64,000 bases of DNA from Basidiobolus meristosporus CBS 931.73 (Eukaryota; Fungi; Basidiobolomycota), in NCBI GenBank assembly GCA_002104905.1, contig MCFE01000133.1, forward strand, positions 94,505-158,504, read 5' to 3'. Below are positions 40,298 through 53,269 of the stretch, piece by piece. The first letter of the stretch is position 1. Each line of letters begins with the position of its first letter. The position numbers and the translations under genes were made by a program. Below the pieces are notes generated by a model. The model did no database searches and had not been told where the DNA came from. It saw only the letters and a program-made list of their open reading frames with translations.

Positions 40298-42620
40298 ATG
40301 GCGTTTCATCAGAATCAACATAATCCAAGCAATAACATGATGTTCCCAAATCGTAGACAAAGCCAAGGTTTAAACCAAAATCTGGGGCAGGGTTTGAACC
40401 CTGTCAATACCTTCGCCCCTCTAGGCTCCCTGGGCTCATATAATACTCGACAATTCGATCCCGCTGGTTTTGACAGTCGAAGCTATTTGAACCCTTCAGA
40501 CCCGTGGAAAAACGGCAATTCGCTGTTTCCACAAGATAACTCCGATGGCTCCTCGCCAAATCTACAAAACTCTCTTTTGCACAATGGAGGACATGCTGGC
40601 TTATCTTCGATTCAAGGGATTGCGTCTTCCTCATCTGGCTACGCTCCCCAGAATCTACGGATGATTGCATAGCGCTGATGCGCAACTTCCTTATTTTAAT
40701 CAAGGGCCTTTAGGTTTGTATCTGATAGAGTGCTGTGAATGCATTTCTCGAAGGGTCCTAATGAGAATATGGATTTTTCTAGTTTCCACATCGCCACAAA
40801 CATACTCAAACTATCAGCAAGCACCCTCCTCTTCCAACACTCAATCCCAGGCCATGTCTGTCGCACACATGGCACCACAATCGCCGGATGCTTCGTTCAT
40901 TCGAAGATACTCCGCAAATACAGGCATGATGGGGGGCATTGATCCATCCAGTCTAACCAATGGCATGGGTTATTCTAACCAGGGTTACGCTAGTCAGCTT
41001 GGTGGGATCGATGGCTTTGGTCGCAACGCTTTGTCGCAATATGTCGAAGGCGAGAGTGTAATGCCAGTTACTTCAATTCTGTGATTTTTCAAGGCGCTAA
41101 CCAATCTCCAAAGTCCAACCAGGAGCTCAAGTCTAAAGTTGATTCGGAGTTTCAGTATAACAGCAACGGCAACTCCAACCAAAGTAACGCTGGTCATGGA
41201 CTCGGTAATGCCAACAATATGGCCAACGAGGGGCATCTTCAAGTAGATCACAACATCGATACTGGCTATGGAGCGGGTCTGTTTCATCTAATTTGTTATC
41301 CTTCAGTTTTCCTTGGTGTTCTAACCGGTGTGTGGCAATTCTTTAGGCGTCAACCAGGGTACCGGTGGCCACAACTTGAACCCGGGAATGAATCAAGGTA
41401 TACAGAACCTGGCGCAAAACATGGACCAAGGGATAGAAACACAGAAGCACACTCAACCATTGACCTCCATCCAGCATTCCACAATATCTCAATCCCAGTT
41501 TCCAGGGGGTGGGATGATTGCGCCTATTCAAGCATCGGTGTCCCAGATAAAGCCGAAGGAGCATATGCAAGCAGAAAGTATGCTCGACAACGAGGCACTC
41601 TCATCACCATCTATACAGTCTAGAAGTGGAGGTCAGGGTGCTTCTGTGAAGCCCAAATCTCCCAAAATACCAAAGTCGAAGCTCAAGAATACTAAACTAA
41701 CGCCGCCTAATACAACCCCATCTGGCCAGAAGCTCAAGCGACCGATGAATGCTTTTCTGATCTATGCAAGTGAGCGTAGACCACAACTGCAGCAAGCGGA
41801 TCCAACCATGACTACTGCTGCCCAGAGCAAGATATTGGGAGATGAGTGGGCCAAAATGGACGAAGCCCGGAAAGTGAGTTATGTTGAGCGCGCTCGTACT
41901 CTCAAGTCCGAATTTCTAGAAACCAACCCCGACTACGTCTACACTCGTCGACCTAATAATACCAAAAAGAAATATCGTCGCCGGTCGGCTGGGGATGACA
42001 ACTCATCGAAATTGAAAAGGCCCATGAATGCATATTTAATTTTCAACAAGGAGATGCGCCATAGATTGCTTGAAACCAACCCCAACATGAGCGTTGCCGA
42101 GATTAGTAAGGAGATTGGCGACAGATGGAAAGGTCTTAGCGAGGTAAGCTTCTACGTGTGGTGATCGGTTTTGCAGTCTGCTGACCTTCTGATGCAGGAT
42201 GAGCGCAACAAATACTTCACGGAGGCGCAGAGCCTCAAGAAAGATTTCCTGGCCACAAATCCGGATTTCGTTTATACTCGACGCTCCAAAGCGGAGATTG
42301 AGGCTGGCCGGAAGCGAGGCTTGGAGGATGACGAGGACTCCACGCCTACACGCGACCCTCGGGGACGCAAGAAGAAGAAGCAGAAGAACCCCACTGCACC
42401 CAAGCACCCGATGTCAGGATTCTTGTTTTACTTATCTGCAGTTCGTCCGCAGGTGGCTGAGCAGTACCCGGGCAGCACTGTGGGGCCCATCAGTAAGATC
42501 ATTGCACATCAATGGAATTCGATGAGCCCCGAAGACAGAGCGCCATGGGAGCAGAAGGCCACCGAGGACAAAGCTAGATATGCGCGGGAGATGGAGGAAT
42601 ATCTTGCCGATAAACAGTGA
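40298..42620 (+). CDS. HMG-box transcription factor-like protein with three HMG boxes; 5' exon structure uncertain
   Basis: KLKRPMNAFLIY...GDEWAKM, KLKRPMNAYLIF...GDRWKGL, PKHPMSGFLFY...AHQWNSM; low-complexity N/Q/G/S-rich N-terminus; intron at ~42143-42198. Confidence 0.85.
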
Positions 42621-43101
42621 TCCTCCTCTGAAGCTTTACGCCAACATTCACACGCATCTTCCCATATCAGGCTAGCCATCGCTTTCACTTCTTTGAGAGC
42701 ACTTTATATACATCATATACTTTGCATTATATAGTTTGTTAGGATTTTGATTTGATGACTTCCATTTCTTTTTGCAACGCTTGTAATTTGTTTATAATGT
42801 TTCTTTGCCTCCTGGATCATGTGTAGTTCAGGAAACCCGACTTGACAACGAATGGGAAAGGAATAGAGACGAGATGATGTGTTTGCCATTCCTTCTGTAT
42901 GTCCATTGCTTGAGCTGTTGAGGAGAGACAAGTAGCCTGATTTCACATTCAACGAATAAAATATCCAAGCAACCAATCGATCAGCTGAGATTTCCATGAT
43001 TTTTCCTGGAATTCCCGTACTTTTTTATCATTCTTGACTTGGCTTGCCGCACTTGGTACTCTTGTTCCACCTTCTAGTAAATACTTTGCGAACAACCCAC
43101 G

Positions 43102-46100
43102 ATGAGTAATCTTCTGGGCCCAGATCCTCAGAATTGGTCCGTCACCGAAGTCTCTACGTGGATAGGCTCTCTTGTAAATAGCGAAAAGATAGCTGAGCAG
43201 TTTCTAGGTAAAGAGAGTTTCCAGTTGCCACGGGAGGTCAGGCGACAATCGGGGTACCGGCACTCCCACCATTATCACGCAGTATTTCTGACTCAAGAGT
43301 CTTCTCCACAGATAACGATATCGACGGGGCCATTTTACTTCACAACATTGACGACACGGTGCTTAAATCGGAGCTGGAAATCAAGTCGTTTGGGAAGCGG
43401 TGTAAGATATTGAAAGGGATCTCCTCGTTGAAAAATGGACTCCCAGGTGAGTGTTCACTTGTTCTCAAAATTGCACTTGAGGGGTTGAAACAGCACCGCG
43501 TTGGGTGTAGAGTCGACCTGTCGGGGGAAATCCCTCTCGAGCACTCGTTCCTTTCACTGACCTGCAATTTGTTTTCTCGGCGCTGTTAGTGACCCCCACG
43601 GAGCAACCGAAATCCCTTCAATCGACTCGGCAGAACTCCATTCAATCACCTTCTAGCATGTTTAGTCTTTCTCCTTTGAGCACCAGCCAAATAACGCTCA
43701 CGCGCCCCACAGAAATGCACAAAACTATGCCGGACTCGCCATCCTCCCAAGCCGACAGTGTCTTTGAAGCCCGTGTCGAGGAGGTCGGCGAGATTCAGAG
43801 ACTTGGCATATTTGACGATTTGCCTTCACCCGATTACGTGGATGCTCAGCCTTACAAACCCCAACTGCATTCAACCACCACCTACGAGGAGTACTGCGGC
43901 GCGGAAGATGGTACATCGACCTTACATGAACTCACATCCACCCCGAACGGGAGCAACCCCCACCAATACGATCCCACCACCATCACCACCGCATATGGCT
44001 CCACAAAAGACGACTCTACCTCGATACACACCTCCCCAAAGGCAAAGTCCAGACGGGCGTTGGCGGCAGTGGGTAAGAAACCCTTGCTACCAAGGTTACC
44101 CCCTCACCCTTTGAAGGAAGAGCACCTTTATTTCTCCCCTATGCAGCTGAGACGGGTTGGAGACGCCACGTTTCGGAAGATGGATGATAGTGAGACGGGG
44201 GTGGAGTTTGTGCTCAAAAAGAAGAAAGGTATTTTCCGTCCCATCTAGCCTTTCGTCAGGTGAGCCATACTCAACCGACTTTCAATCTCAGATTCCCGGA
44301 AGTTTCTGGGGGAGGCCGCGATCGCCCAGGTAAGCAGCGTGCCTCTGCGCTCTCCCTTCGCCAAACTAAACCGAATCCAACCCCCGCCCTAGGGTCGGCT
44401 AAAACGGCTGTTCCGTGAGATGAACCTGTTCGACAGCGACGCGGACACGACTGCTTATCAGTTGTCCAAGAACCCTGAGGTCCCAGTCAGATTGTTTCGA
44501 ATGTGCGACGAAGAGGTGAACAGTAAGTGATCGCGGTTGTGGGACTTGTAGCACGCGAATCTAGCTACTAAACTCGAATTTGTGGTCAGCGCGTTTATCA
44601 TACATCGATGACCTGGTCCGTTCGAAAGAAGACGTCATGTCCAAATTCAAAGCAATTGCGTCGGCCCCCGTTGTCGAGGCTGGTGGGGATCTTGATCCGG
44701 CCAAGGTAGATGAGGAGGAGGACGTGCTACCGGTAAGAACAATCATGCCACATCGGTTCGCTCGTGCCGCCACACGTGTACTCATCATCTTTCGCAACAG
44801 CTATACGGGGAGTCGGACTGGGAAGACTACGAGTTTGACTCGGAGCTGGAAAAAGAGCTGAAGAAGGAGAATCGTACGAGAAGTAGTAGGCTTTGATTCA
44901 GTTATTCAGGGGATTTGGGTATTTATCTGGGAATTCGATGCTTTTTATTAGAGTTGTCAGCCACGGAAGTCCAGCTGCAGAGAGAGGCGAAAACAAAGGA
45001 TGATTCGGCCCCAGAGCTCTCCAAAGAATCAATAGAGCAAGCCATCCAGAGATTTGTTGAGAATCGAACAGCCCTGTGGCGCAAGAATAAGTTCGTGACA
45101 GTTTCCGAGTCCAGCGAATCAACCTAACTCACGTCTTTCCATAGGCTTGCCGAGTTTGAGCTGCAGAAGTGCAACACCTACCAAAAGGAGAAGAAAACCT
45201 TGCCCATCAAGGAGGTCGCACTGAGATCGTTGAAAGAGGTTGGTTTGTCATTCCGAGTAGATCTATCGCGCACCCGCTCACTCGGTTGATACCAGCGCTT
45301 GGAAAAGCAAATCCTTGAGATTACCAGCCGGAAGTTCTGTAGTGCGGAAGAGGTGGGCCAGCATTGCGAGCAATCCGAGTTGGGATTCACGCTGGACTCG
45401 ATGTCGGTCCTCGAATGGAAGATCACACTGTTGAAGGGGCCAGAAGTAAGTCTCATAGGTAGTGGAGTGTTCCTCTTGGGTTGGAATTGACCATGTGTTG
45501 CAATAGCCTATAGCAGAGGACATCTCTGCTCCATCGCAGTCCAGTGCTGACCCGGCACCGGTTGCCAATATCCGTGAGAGTGGTAAGCGAAAGGAAACCG
45601 AGCGTGGACCAGATAGTGGTTCGATCTCGACCACCACACCACCACCTAGGGCTAGACCGGAAGGCGGCTCCATTTCTACCAGTGCGCCAACGTCGCGTAG
45701 ACGATCGAAAGGAGGCTCACCAGTGGAACATCAGCTTCTGAGCAGCGACCCAGATACCTCCGTAGTCAGTAGAAACGAGAGCACCCCTCAAAATCCAGGT
45801 AGGAGTTCTAGAGAACATCCCTTTGTAAACGGTGAGACTCACTTAGTTGGCAGACACGCCCATTCAAATCATAGACAACGACCTAGAGGTGGCTTCTACA
45901 CCCGCCATGAAGGCCAAGCTACCCTTGGCCGCCAAATCAAGCGTGTCCAACAAGCTCGGTATGCCGCTGTACCGGAACCATCGTAGTAGCATCACTTCCC
46001 GAGAACCAAGCGCGGATAGGCATGCGACGGACGAGAAGATCATCGATATCTCCATCATCTCTTCGAGCGACGACGAGGATAAGGCGGAATCAGTGGTCAG

Positions 46101-49100
46101 CCGGTTGAGCTCCATCGACAGCCTGCCAAACGAGTCTTCCAATAGACTTGAGACGTACGACAACCCGGACGACATACCCCCCGGCTACGTCTACATGTCC
46201 CGACACCAAGAAAAAAAGGCGGATCCCATCGTGCTGAGCAGCAGTAGCGAGGGCGAAGACGATGGGATTTACGAGCACAGGTACCTCCATCGACCATCAA
46301 TCTGTTCCTCCCTGCCATTGTTGACCACCCCATGTAGAAAACGCAAGCCCGAGTCGTCGTACTCGCAGGATGCTGCCTACCGCGGGAGAGTGACCAACGC
46401 TTCCAAGCGATACAGAATGGAGCTGAAGAACGCGAGATCCGGCAGAAAGAATATCCGGAAGATCCAGGCGGAGTCCGATCAAGTGCTACGGATTCGCCAG
46501 GAGACCCAGCGAAAGGCCAGGGAGGTGGAGGACCGGATTCGAATGTGAGTTTCCACGGAGGAGATCCCAGTTTCTTTTGTATTCACCACGACCTCTATCT
46601 AGGAACCAGCGTAAATACGAGGCCACGGCATTTACAAAAGATACCATCAAGGTGAGTGGCGTGTAATCCGTCTGGGCTTGCTGTGGCTAACCGCGGCTTT
46701 CTAGTTGTTGATCAACCCAGGGCATGACAAATCCGAGAGTGATGTTTACATCCTGCCGGAGCTTGCCAAATTCCTGAAGCCCCACCAGGTACGTGCACCG
46801 GCGGCCGGAGCAAGTTGCCCGCGAGTTAACCAGCCATTCGTTTGTAGGTGGATGGAGTGCGGTTTATGTGGAAGAACGTGGTGATGTTCAATGGACAAGG
46901 GTGTATCTTGTCCCACGCCATGGGGCTGGGGAAGACTTTTCAGGTCATCACCTTCCTGTTCACCTTGATGCGGGAGAATCGGCTGGGGAACTCCACGATA
47001 CCCCCCAAGTTGAAGCCCAACAGAATTCTTATCCTATGTCCACCCACGCTGATCGAGAATTGGCACAACGAGTTTTACAAGTGGATCCCGCGAGAGCATC
47101 TGCGGGTCATCGGCTGGGTCTACAAGCTGGGTAAGCGGTTTGGTTCATCCACGTAACTCCCCTTCCTCTAACCTCGCCACCTCCCACCAGGCAACGCGTG
47201 CAAGAGGATCGACGAGAAGATCGATTTTCTGCAGAAGTGGTACCGATTCGGGGGGATCCTGCTCATGGGCTACCAGGCGTTCCGGGATCTCGTGAGCAAC
47301 CAGGGTAGGGTGGTGCAGACGTTGGAGCAGAGCGAGGAGATCAAGAAGATCCTGCTCGAGGCCCCATCGGTCGTGATTGCCGACGAGGGCACATCATCAA
47401 GAACCCCACCACCAAGATCTCCCTTTACATCAAACAGTTGCAGACCAAGAGCCGCATCTGCCTCACCGGATACCCACTGCAGAACAACCTGGAGGAGTAC
47501 TGGTGCATGGTGGACTTCGTGTACCCGATGTTCCTGGGAAGCCTCCCTGACTTCCGAAACGCCTACATCAACCCGATCAACAACGGGCTGTATCCCGACA
47601 GTACACCGGGTGACCGGAAGCTCTCCTCCACGAAGCTGTACGTGCTGAGCGGGATCATCTCGGAGATCGTGCTGAGAAAGGATGCCAGCGTGTTGCATCG
47701 GGATTTGCCGGAGAAGGTCGAGTACATCATCGCGTGCAAGCTGACCGACCTACAGTATCAGCTGTACACCGGCTTCTTGCGCTCCCAGATGAACGATGCG
47801 AAGACCTACACCAACGAGAACATCATCGCCAAGGGGCACGTGTTGCTGCAGATATGCAACCATCCGTGCGTCTTCAAAACCGCCGTGGTCTCCCACCAGG
47901 ATGGGGAGAAGGGGCGCACCGGGGTGTCAGCGTTCGAGGCCAAACCCAAGCACGCCGAGGCGGAGGAGATCACCATCATCGACCTGGAGAACGAACGACC
48001 GGAGGAGCTGCCGGAGGTCCAGCAGGAGATGAAGAAGATCGAGCCGATCGGGTACGACTGGACGAAGGAGTTGTTCGACCGAGTGGAGGATCCGGCCGAC
48101 GTCGTGCACTGTCACAAGATGAACATCCTGATGGAGATCTTGCTCGCCTGTAAGAAGATCGAAGAGAAGGTGCTGGTCTTCTCGCGAAGCATCCCCACAC
48201 TTGGTAGGATCCTCCCCCCCCCACCCCATCCACCTTTTCGCATCTGCTGAACTCTCTCCTCAAACTAGACTACATCGAACACGTACTGAAACGGTACAAG
48301 CATCAACACTTCAAGTACCTGCGTTTGGACGGGGAGACCCCGATCCAGGTGAGTGTTCGGTTGAACCTTCGTTGGTACCTACGCGGTAAACTAACCCACT
48401 TGTAGAATCGACAGGACATGATAGATCGGTTCAATCAGGAGACAGACTTCGACGTGTTCCTCATCTCCTCGGGGGCGGGCTCGTTGGGGGTGAACCTGGT
48501 GTCGGCCAACCGAGTGGTCATCTACGATGTCGGTTGGAACCCCAGCTTCGATGAGCAGGCGATCGCGCGGGCCTACAGGTACGGACAGCAACGCAAGGTT
48601 TACGTGTACCGTCTGCAGACGTACAGCACCTTCGAGGACAAGCTGTTCAAGAACAACGTCCACAAGGTGGGCCTGTTCGTCCGGGTGGTGGACAAGAAAA
48701 ACCCGGGGAAGCTCTTCACGAAGGACCAGATGAAGCGGTACCTGGACTTCCCCGAGAGCCGGCCGGTCACCAAGCTGGCCGTCACCCAGTTCGATGACCC
48801 GGTGATCGACCAAACGGTCCGCACCAACCAGGAGTCCATCATCGAGATCACCCTCCATTCCACTCTGCTGAACGAGGTGGAGGGGGATCTCACCGCGGAG
48901 GACAAATTCCAGGCGCAATCCTTGCTGGAACAGGAGCGACGACTACGTAACCCCATCAGTGGTGGAAATGGGACCCAGCCTACTGTGGAGAGTCACCCAG
49001 TCGTCGCGACCAACAGCACCAACACAGGAGAACCAACCACCGCCACCACTCTCACCGTCACTTCCACCTTCCCCACCACCGCCACTACCACTCCCACCCC

Positions 49101-49176
49101 CACCCCCGCCAACGGGAACAGTATAGATGGAGAGAGCATCCCGGAGTCCATGATGCCAGTCTCCCTCAACCCATGA
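43102..49176 (+). CDS. SNF2-family helicase, ARIP4(RAD54L2)/ATRX-like, with N-terminal SAM domain; multi-exon; apparent 1-nt frameshift at DEGH
   Basis: WSVTEV..W...IDGAILL...LKSELEIKSFGKRCKIL (SAM); HAMGLGKT, LTGYPLQNNLEEYWCMVDF, GSLGVNLVSANRVVIYDVGWNP, QAIARAYRYGQ. Confidence 0.85.
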
Positions 49177-49437
49177 AGTCGAATGAACATAGTTTTAGCG
49201 TCGTGTAGATTAGCCGTGTAGTTTTATTTAGTTTTGTCTTAGCCAAGTCTTGTTGCACTTATCTGTCGCTTAATAAATCGCTCTCCCCCCTCCTCCCCCG
49301 CGCAACCCAACCGCTCGAGCATGTCACGTTGAAATTGGTTTTCTAACCGGGTTTCGGTTGACGGGATTTATTATCTATGTGGGATGGGATGGAATGGGAT
49401 AGGGTGGGGTGGTGCGGGGCGTGGGTCAAACCTCCCT

Positions 49438-50987
49438 TTAGAAAGCGGAAACGGCGGCGACAAAGGCCAGGGCCAGGGAAAGGATGGGGGCGGCCACGCG
49501 GAGGTTGGCGTCGGACTTCTTGGAATCGTGGGAGCTGTCGTCGGATTTCTTCTTATCGGAATCGGACTTGTCGGAGTTCAGGGTGCAGGTGTAGGCGTAG
49601 CTCTTGAGGATGCCGTCGGGGTTCTTGCAGCTCTTGGCGGAGGGGTAGTCCACGGTGTCCACGGAGTAGACGTTGCGCATCCAGTGGAACTTGTAGTCCT
49701 TGTGGAAACCGGGGTGCACCATGTTGGCCACGTCCTGAAGCGCGGCGTCAGCCATGACGATCCCGTTGTTGAGCCAGTCGGTGGCGCCGGCGTACTTGGC
49801 TTGCAACAAGTCCTCCCTGTAGACGGCCTTGTTCTTGATGAACTTGTACTGGGTGTCGTTCTTCTTCAACCCGTACACCTCCAACACCTGCTCGAAGTTG
49901 GGTACGGCGAGTTTGTCGAAGTAGGTCTCGTCCACCAACACGTCGACGTCCTTGAGGATCTCCTGGATGTAGGCGGTCGTGCTGTAGCAGTGGGTGTCCT
50001 GGAAGTGTTTGTCCATGGTGGGGATGTGGAAGGAGTCGATGTCGAGCATCTTGGCACCGGCGTCCATGGTGAGGTTGGCCTTGTAGGTGGCGGTGGAGAT
50101 GGCGAAATAAGCGGTCTCGTAATCGTTGAAGGAGGCCCAGGCGACCACCGGTTTGGAGTCCTTGGCCTTCTCCAAGGCGTTCTTCTTGACGCAGTTGTAG
50201 TTGTTGAAGATGTCGTGGGTCACCGAGTTGGAGGTCTTCTCCACGTTGAAGAAGGTGGAGTAGAAGTCCAACAGCTCGGTTCTTTGGAGGACCCCGTCAG
50301 CTTCGGCCCCGTCGACCTTGATGGTCTTGTTGTTGAGGTTGCCATCGTAGAAGAAGGCGTCGACCGTTTCCCACACCTTCTTGTCCACCTTGGGGAGGGT
50401 GGTGTTGAACCCGGGAATGGTGGTGATCTTCTTCTCTTGGACAAGCTCCAAGATGCATGGGGAGGTGAGGTACTCCTCGGATTCGGCGAAGGCGATGCGA
50501 TCGCGGAGTCCAAGCATCTAATTCAACAAACCGGGTTAGTACGTGATCACGGGGACACGCTCACTTCCGTGGAATACCCACCTCAAGGTAGGAAACGGAT
50601 GGGGTCATCAAGGTGGCGACGGTGTTGAGTGGCACCTCGTAGTAGATGGCGGATTTGTCGTGGAAATCGGGCTTGGGGGTACCGCGCTGGTAAAGTACGA
50701 AGGATTGGTTCTGGTTGGTGTTTACCACATGCTTGTAGTGGTTGTAGTACGTGACTTTGAATCCCGCTCTGGAGTCAGCTAGAAATGGGAGGGGAAGGGT
50801 TTTAGTCGGGGATTGGACCAGGTTGAACGAGGGAGGGGTCCTTACGGTAAACCTTGTCGGGGAAATAGTCGGTTTTCTCATCGTATTTGACCCTTGTGGT
50901 GGGATCTACGATGTTGGTGGCTGGATTGGCGGCATAGACTATGGCCGCACTGGCAAGAAGCAAGGCTGAGATGCTTAACTGAACCAT
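49438..50987 (-). CDS. secreted periplasmic-binding-protein-like protein (helical-backbone metal/B12 receptor, CBA1-like) with GPI-like tail, 3 exons
   Basis: Signal peptide MVQLSISALLLASAAIVYA; DYFPDKV, FKVTYYNHYK, VLYQRGTP, FYSTFFNVE, VDETY, VYRED; S/D/K-rich linker and hydrophobic C-terminus; introns 50779-50845 and 50518-50581. Confidence 0.75.
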
Positions 50988-51865
50988 GGTCGTACGAGAT
51001 AGGATTCGCCAACCCTTCAGGAAGCCCTCTTAAATATCGAGCCTAATTCCAGTTGCCCCGTCCCTCGACCAATGACAACCACTCCACTGCACCCTCCAAA
51101 GTGGAATTTGGATTTTTCGGGTGAAGGCCGGCCGAGGTGATTCCCTCGAGGGCTTTGGGGGCTTCCAATTTCCAATGGCTGGCTCTATATGGTGCATGGG
51201 AATGGTCTCACTGTCGTCCCAGGAATCAAGATCTGCGCTAATCCTAAATAGGGTGCCATGCCACCACGCGTCCACACCTTCGGTCAAGATAAGCCCCAAT
51301 TTGGTCATTGTATCAGAAGCCATGATAGCCTTCTCGCGTACGATTGGTTCAATGATCGAGATGAACTGCTCATTGAAGATTCGGTCGGTATTTTGGATTC
51401 CCTTGGCTGGGGAATGACGTCATCCCACTGTTCGTCCCCCCAATGCTCCCTTTAACGGGCACTTCAACCTAATTCACCAGAATCCAAATCCATCCATTTG
51501 GCAGGATTTCTACGCTTCCACAGATCGATAGTTCCACCTCCCGGAAGTCCGAATTTGGTCAGACCGTTCTTCGAGCCCAAGCCGCCGATGCAAACGAATT
51601 TTTTTTTTCACCGAACCGAGGCCAGCTTCATGACATGGACTAGCCCAAGTAAGTTGGATGGGAGGGGGACATCGCACCATACAACGTGCCCGGGCGGGGA
51701 GGCTCGAGTGGATCCAATATCCGTGTTCCAGGGAGGCCATGCCCGTGATGGGAACTCGCTGCAGGCTACCGTTTGTCTATCCTACCCCGAACCCCGAATC
51801 CCACCGTGTCCTAACCATACTGATGCCAAGCCTCGAGAACAGACCAATCATCGCCTTCTTCAACA

Positions 51866-51918
51866 GCGGCAGCACCACCAGCACCACCACCACCACCACC
51901 ACCACATTCACCACCGCG
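51866..51918 (+). repeat. (CAC)n/(CAG) trinucleotide tract
   Basis: ggcagcaccaccagcaccaccaccaccaccaccaccacattcaccacc. Confidence 0.8.
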
Positions 51919-53269
51919 CGCAGCTGATGAATCCTCGTTCCCATTTCGATATGCTGCGTCGACCCAGTATCCAAAACGAACCCGACCTCGACCCGAAAAA
52001 TGCGGAATGAACCCTTTTTTGGTGGGGGGAGCATCCATACACGTGATGCAGGATTGAAACTGGGGGATCGAGAGAGCCATCATGGTAGTGGATTAGGGTC
52101 GATGTCGGTGTTATTGGTGACCAGGGATGTGGTCCTGCCAGGTGTGTGGTATCGCCGGGTACCAGTAACATCCCCTGGATGATCGGCCAACTCTTTGCCT
52201 CAATATTCGGTGCTCGTTCGGTCTTGTTTACCGCCTCAGGGCCGATCACTGAGCATGGAGCAGCTCGAGTCAGCTACCATCCCCTGCTCGGATCGACCAA
52301 GGTCTAGAGGGTTACCCTACCGGCCAGACCACCCTTGGTTGGCGAACATCATGGGTCTCCACCTTACTGGAATCCATGGATGCGAAGAGCCGGGGCTTCC
52401 CACCATTCCCGAGCATCAGAGGAACTGCTCCAGGGTCGAGTCGTCACACGGTGACCAGGAAGAAGATCATGCTCGCAGGAGACAACACCCCGGCCTTTTT
52501 TGTTGGTACAGTATACAAATCCCCCCATCAAACCCGCGCTGATTCCTAGGATTGCTGGATGCGTGGTGCGTGGTGCGGACTTGAGACACGCTCGTCCGAT
52601 CATCCCCTCCCCCCGGGTGGGTTCTTGAGAAAAGGCCATCGTGGATGTATACTCGGGCCATGGCTGCAGCACACCTTATCAACCGTCACCAGTAGGCGAA
52701 ATCCCCGGGTGCAGATCCACCTTCCATTTGGATCGAATCGAATCGAATCGGTCAACTTTCGAACGACTTGCACCTTACAAAGAGCGGGGTCGGGGTGAAT
52801 CACCACAGGCAAGGAGTAGGTTTGATCCCCGTGACGTATCCGGACCCACCTGCACTTACCATGCTCTGATAGTTGTCGATCCACCATCAGAAGAATGGAT
52901 GCTGGAGATCGTGCGCAAATCTTATCCCCCCCTAATCAAAGTTCCAGCCTTGGCTGATCGTGGGGGTTTTCTTCACTGCGCATGACTTGTGAGATGAGCG
53001 GACTTCCTGGTTTGCGCGTGGAGGCGGTGTTCAAGGGCCTCCGTAGCGCACGTATACATATACTTCAGCCAAGTTCCAAATCCACATCGTTGTAGAGTCG
53101 ATTAATCCAAGTCGGATGTTTTGTGATTACACCCAGGGAATCGTCCGATAAAACTTGCGACGATTTTCAGACGAGCACTTGCTTGATACTCCGACCTACA
53201 AAGCGCCCAGAAAGCGGGAACACTGCATTCTTGAACGCTCCCCTACACAGCTATCTCACCATGACTAGA

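Noticed and set aside
26942-42620. Helicase + transporter + HMG gene as a Mucorales-type sex locus
   Set aside because: The Mucorales locus has a single-box HMG flanked directly by a triose-phosphate transporter and the rnhA helicase. Here the helicase is MTR4, the transporters are FNT and SERCA, and the genes are not adjacent.
49384-50628. 414-aa plus-strand ORF
   Set aside because: Antisense shadow of the binding-protein gene, whose strand has the signal peptide and introns.
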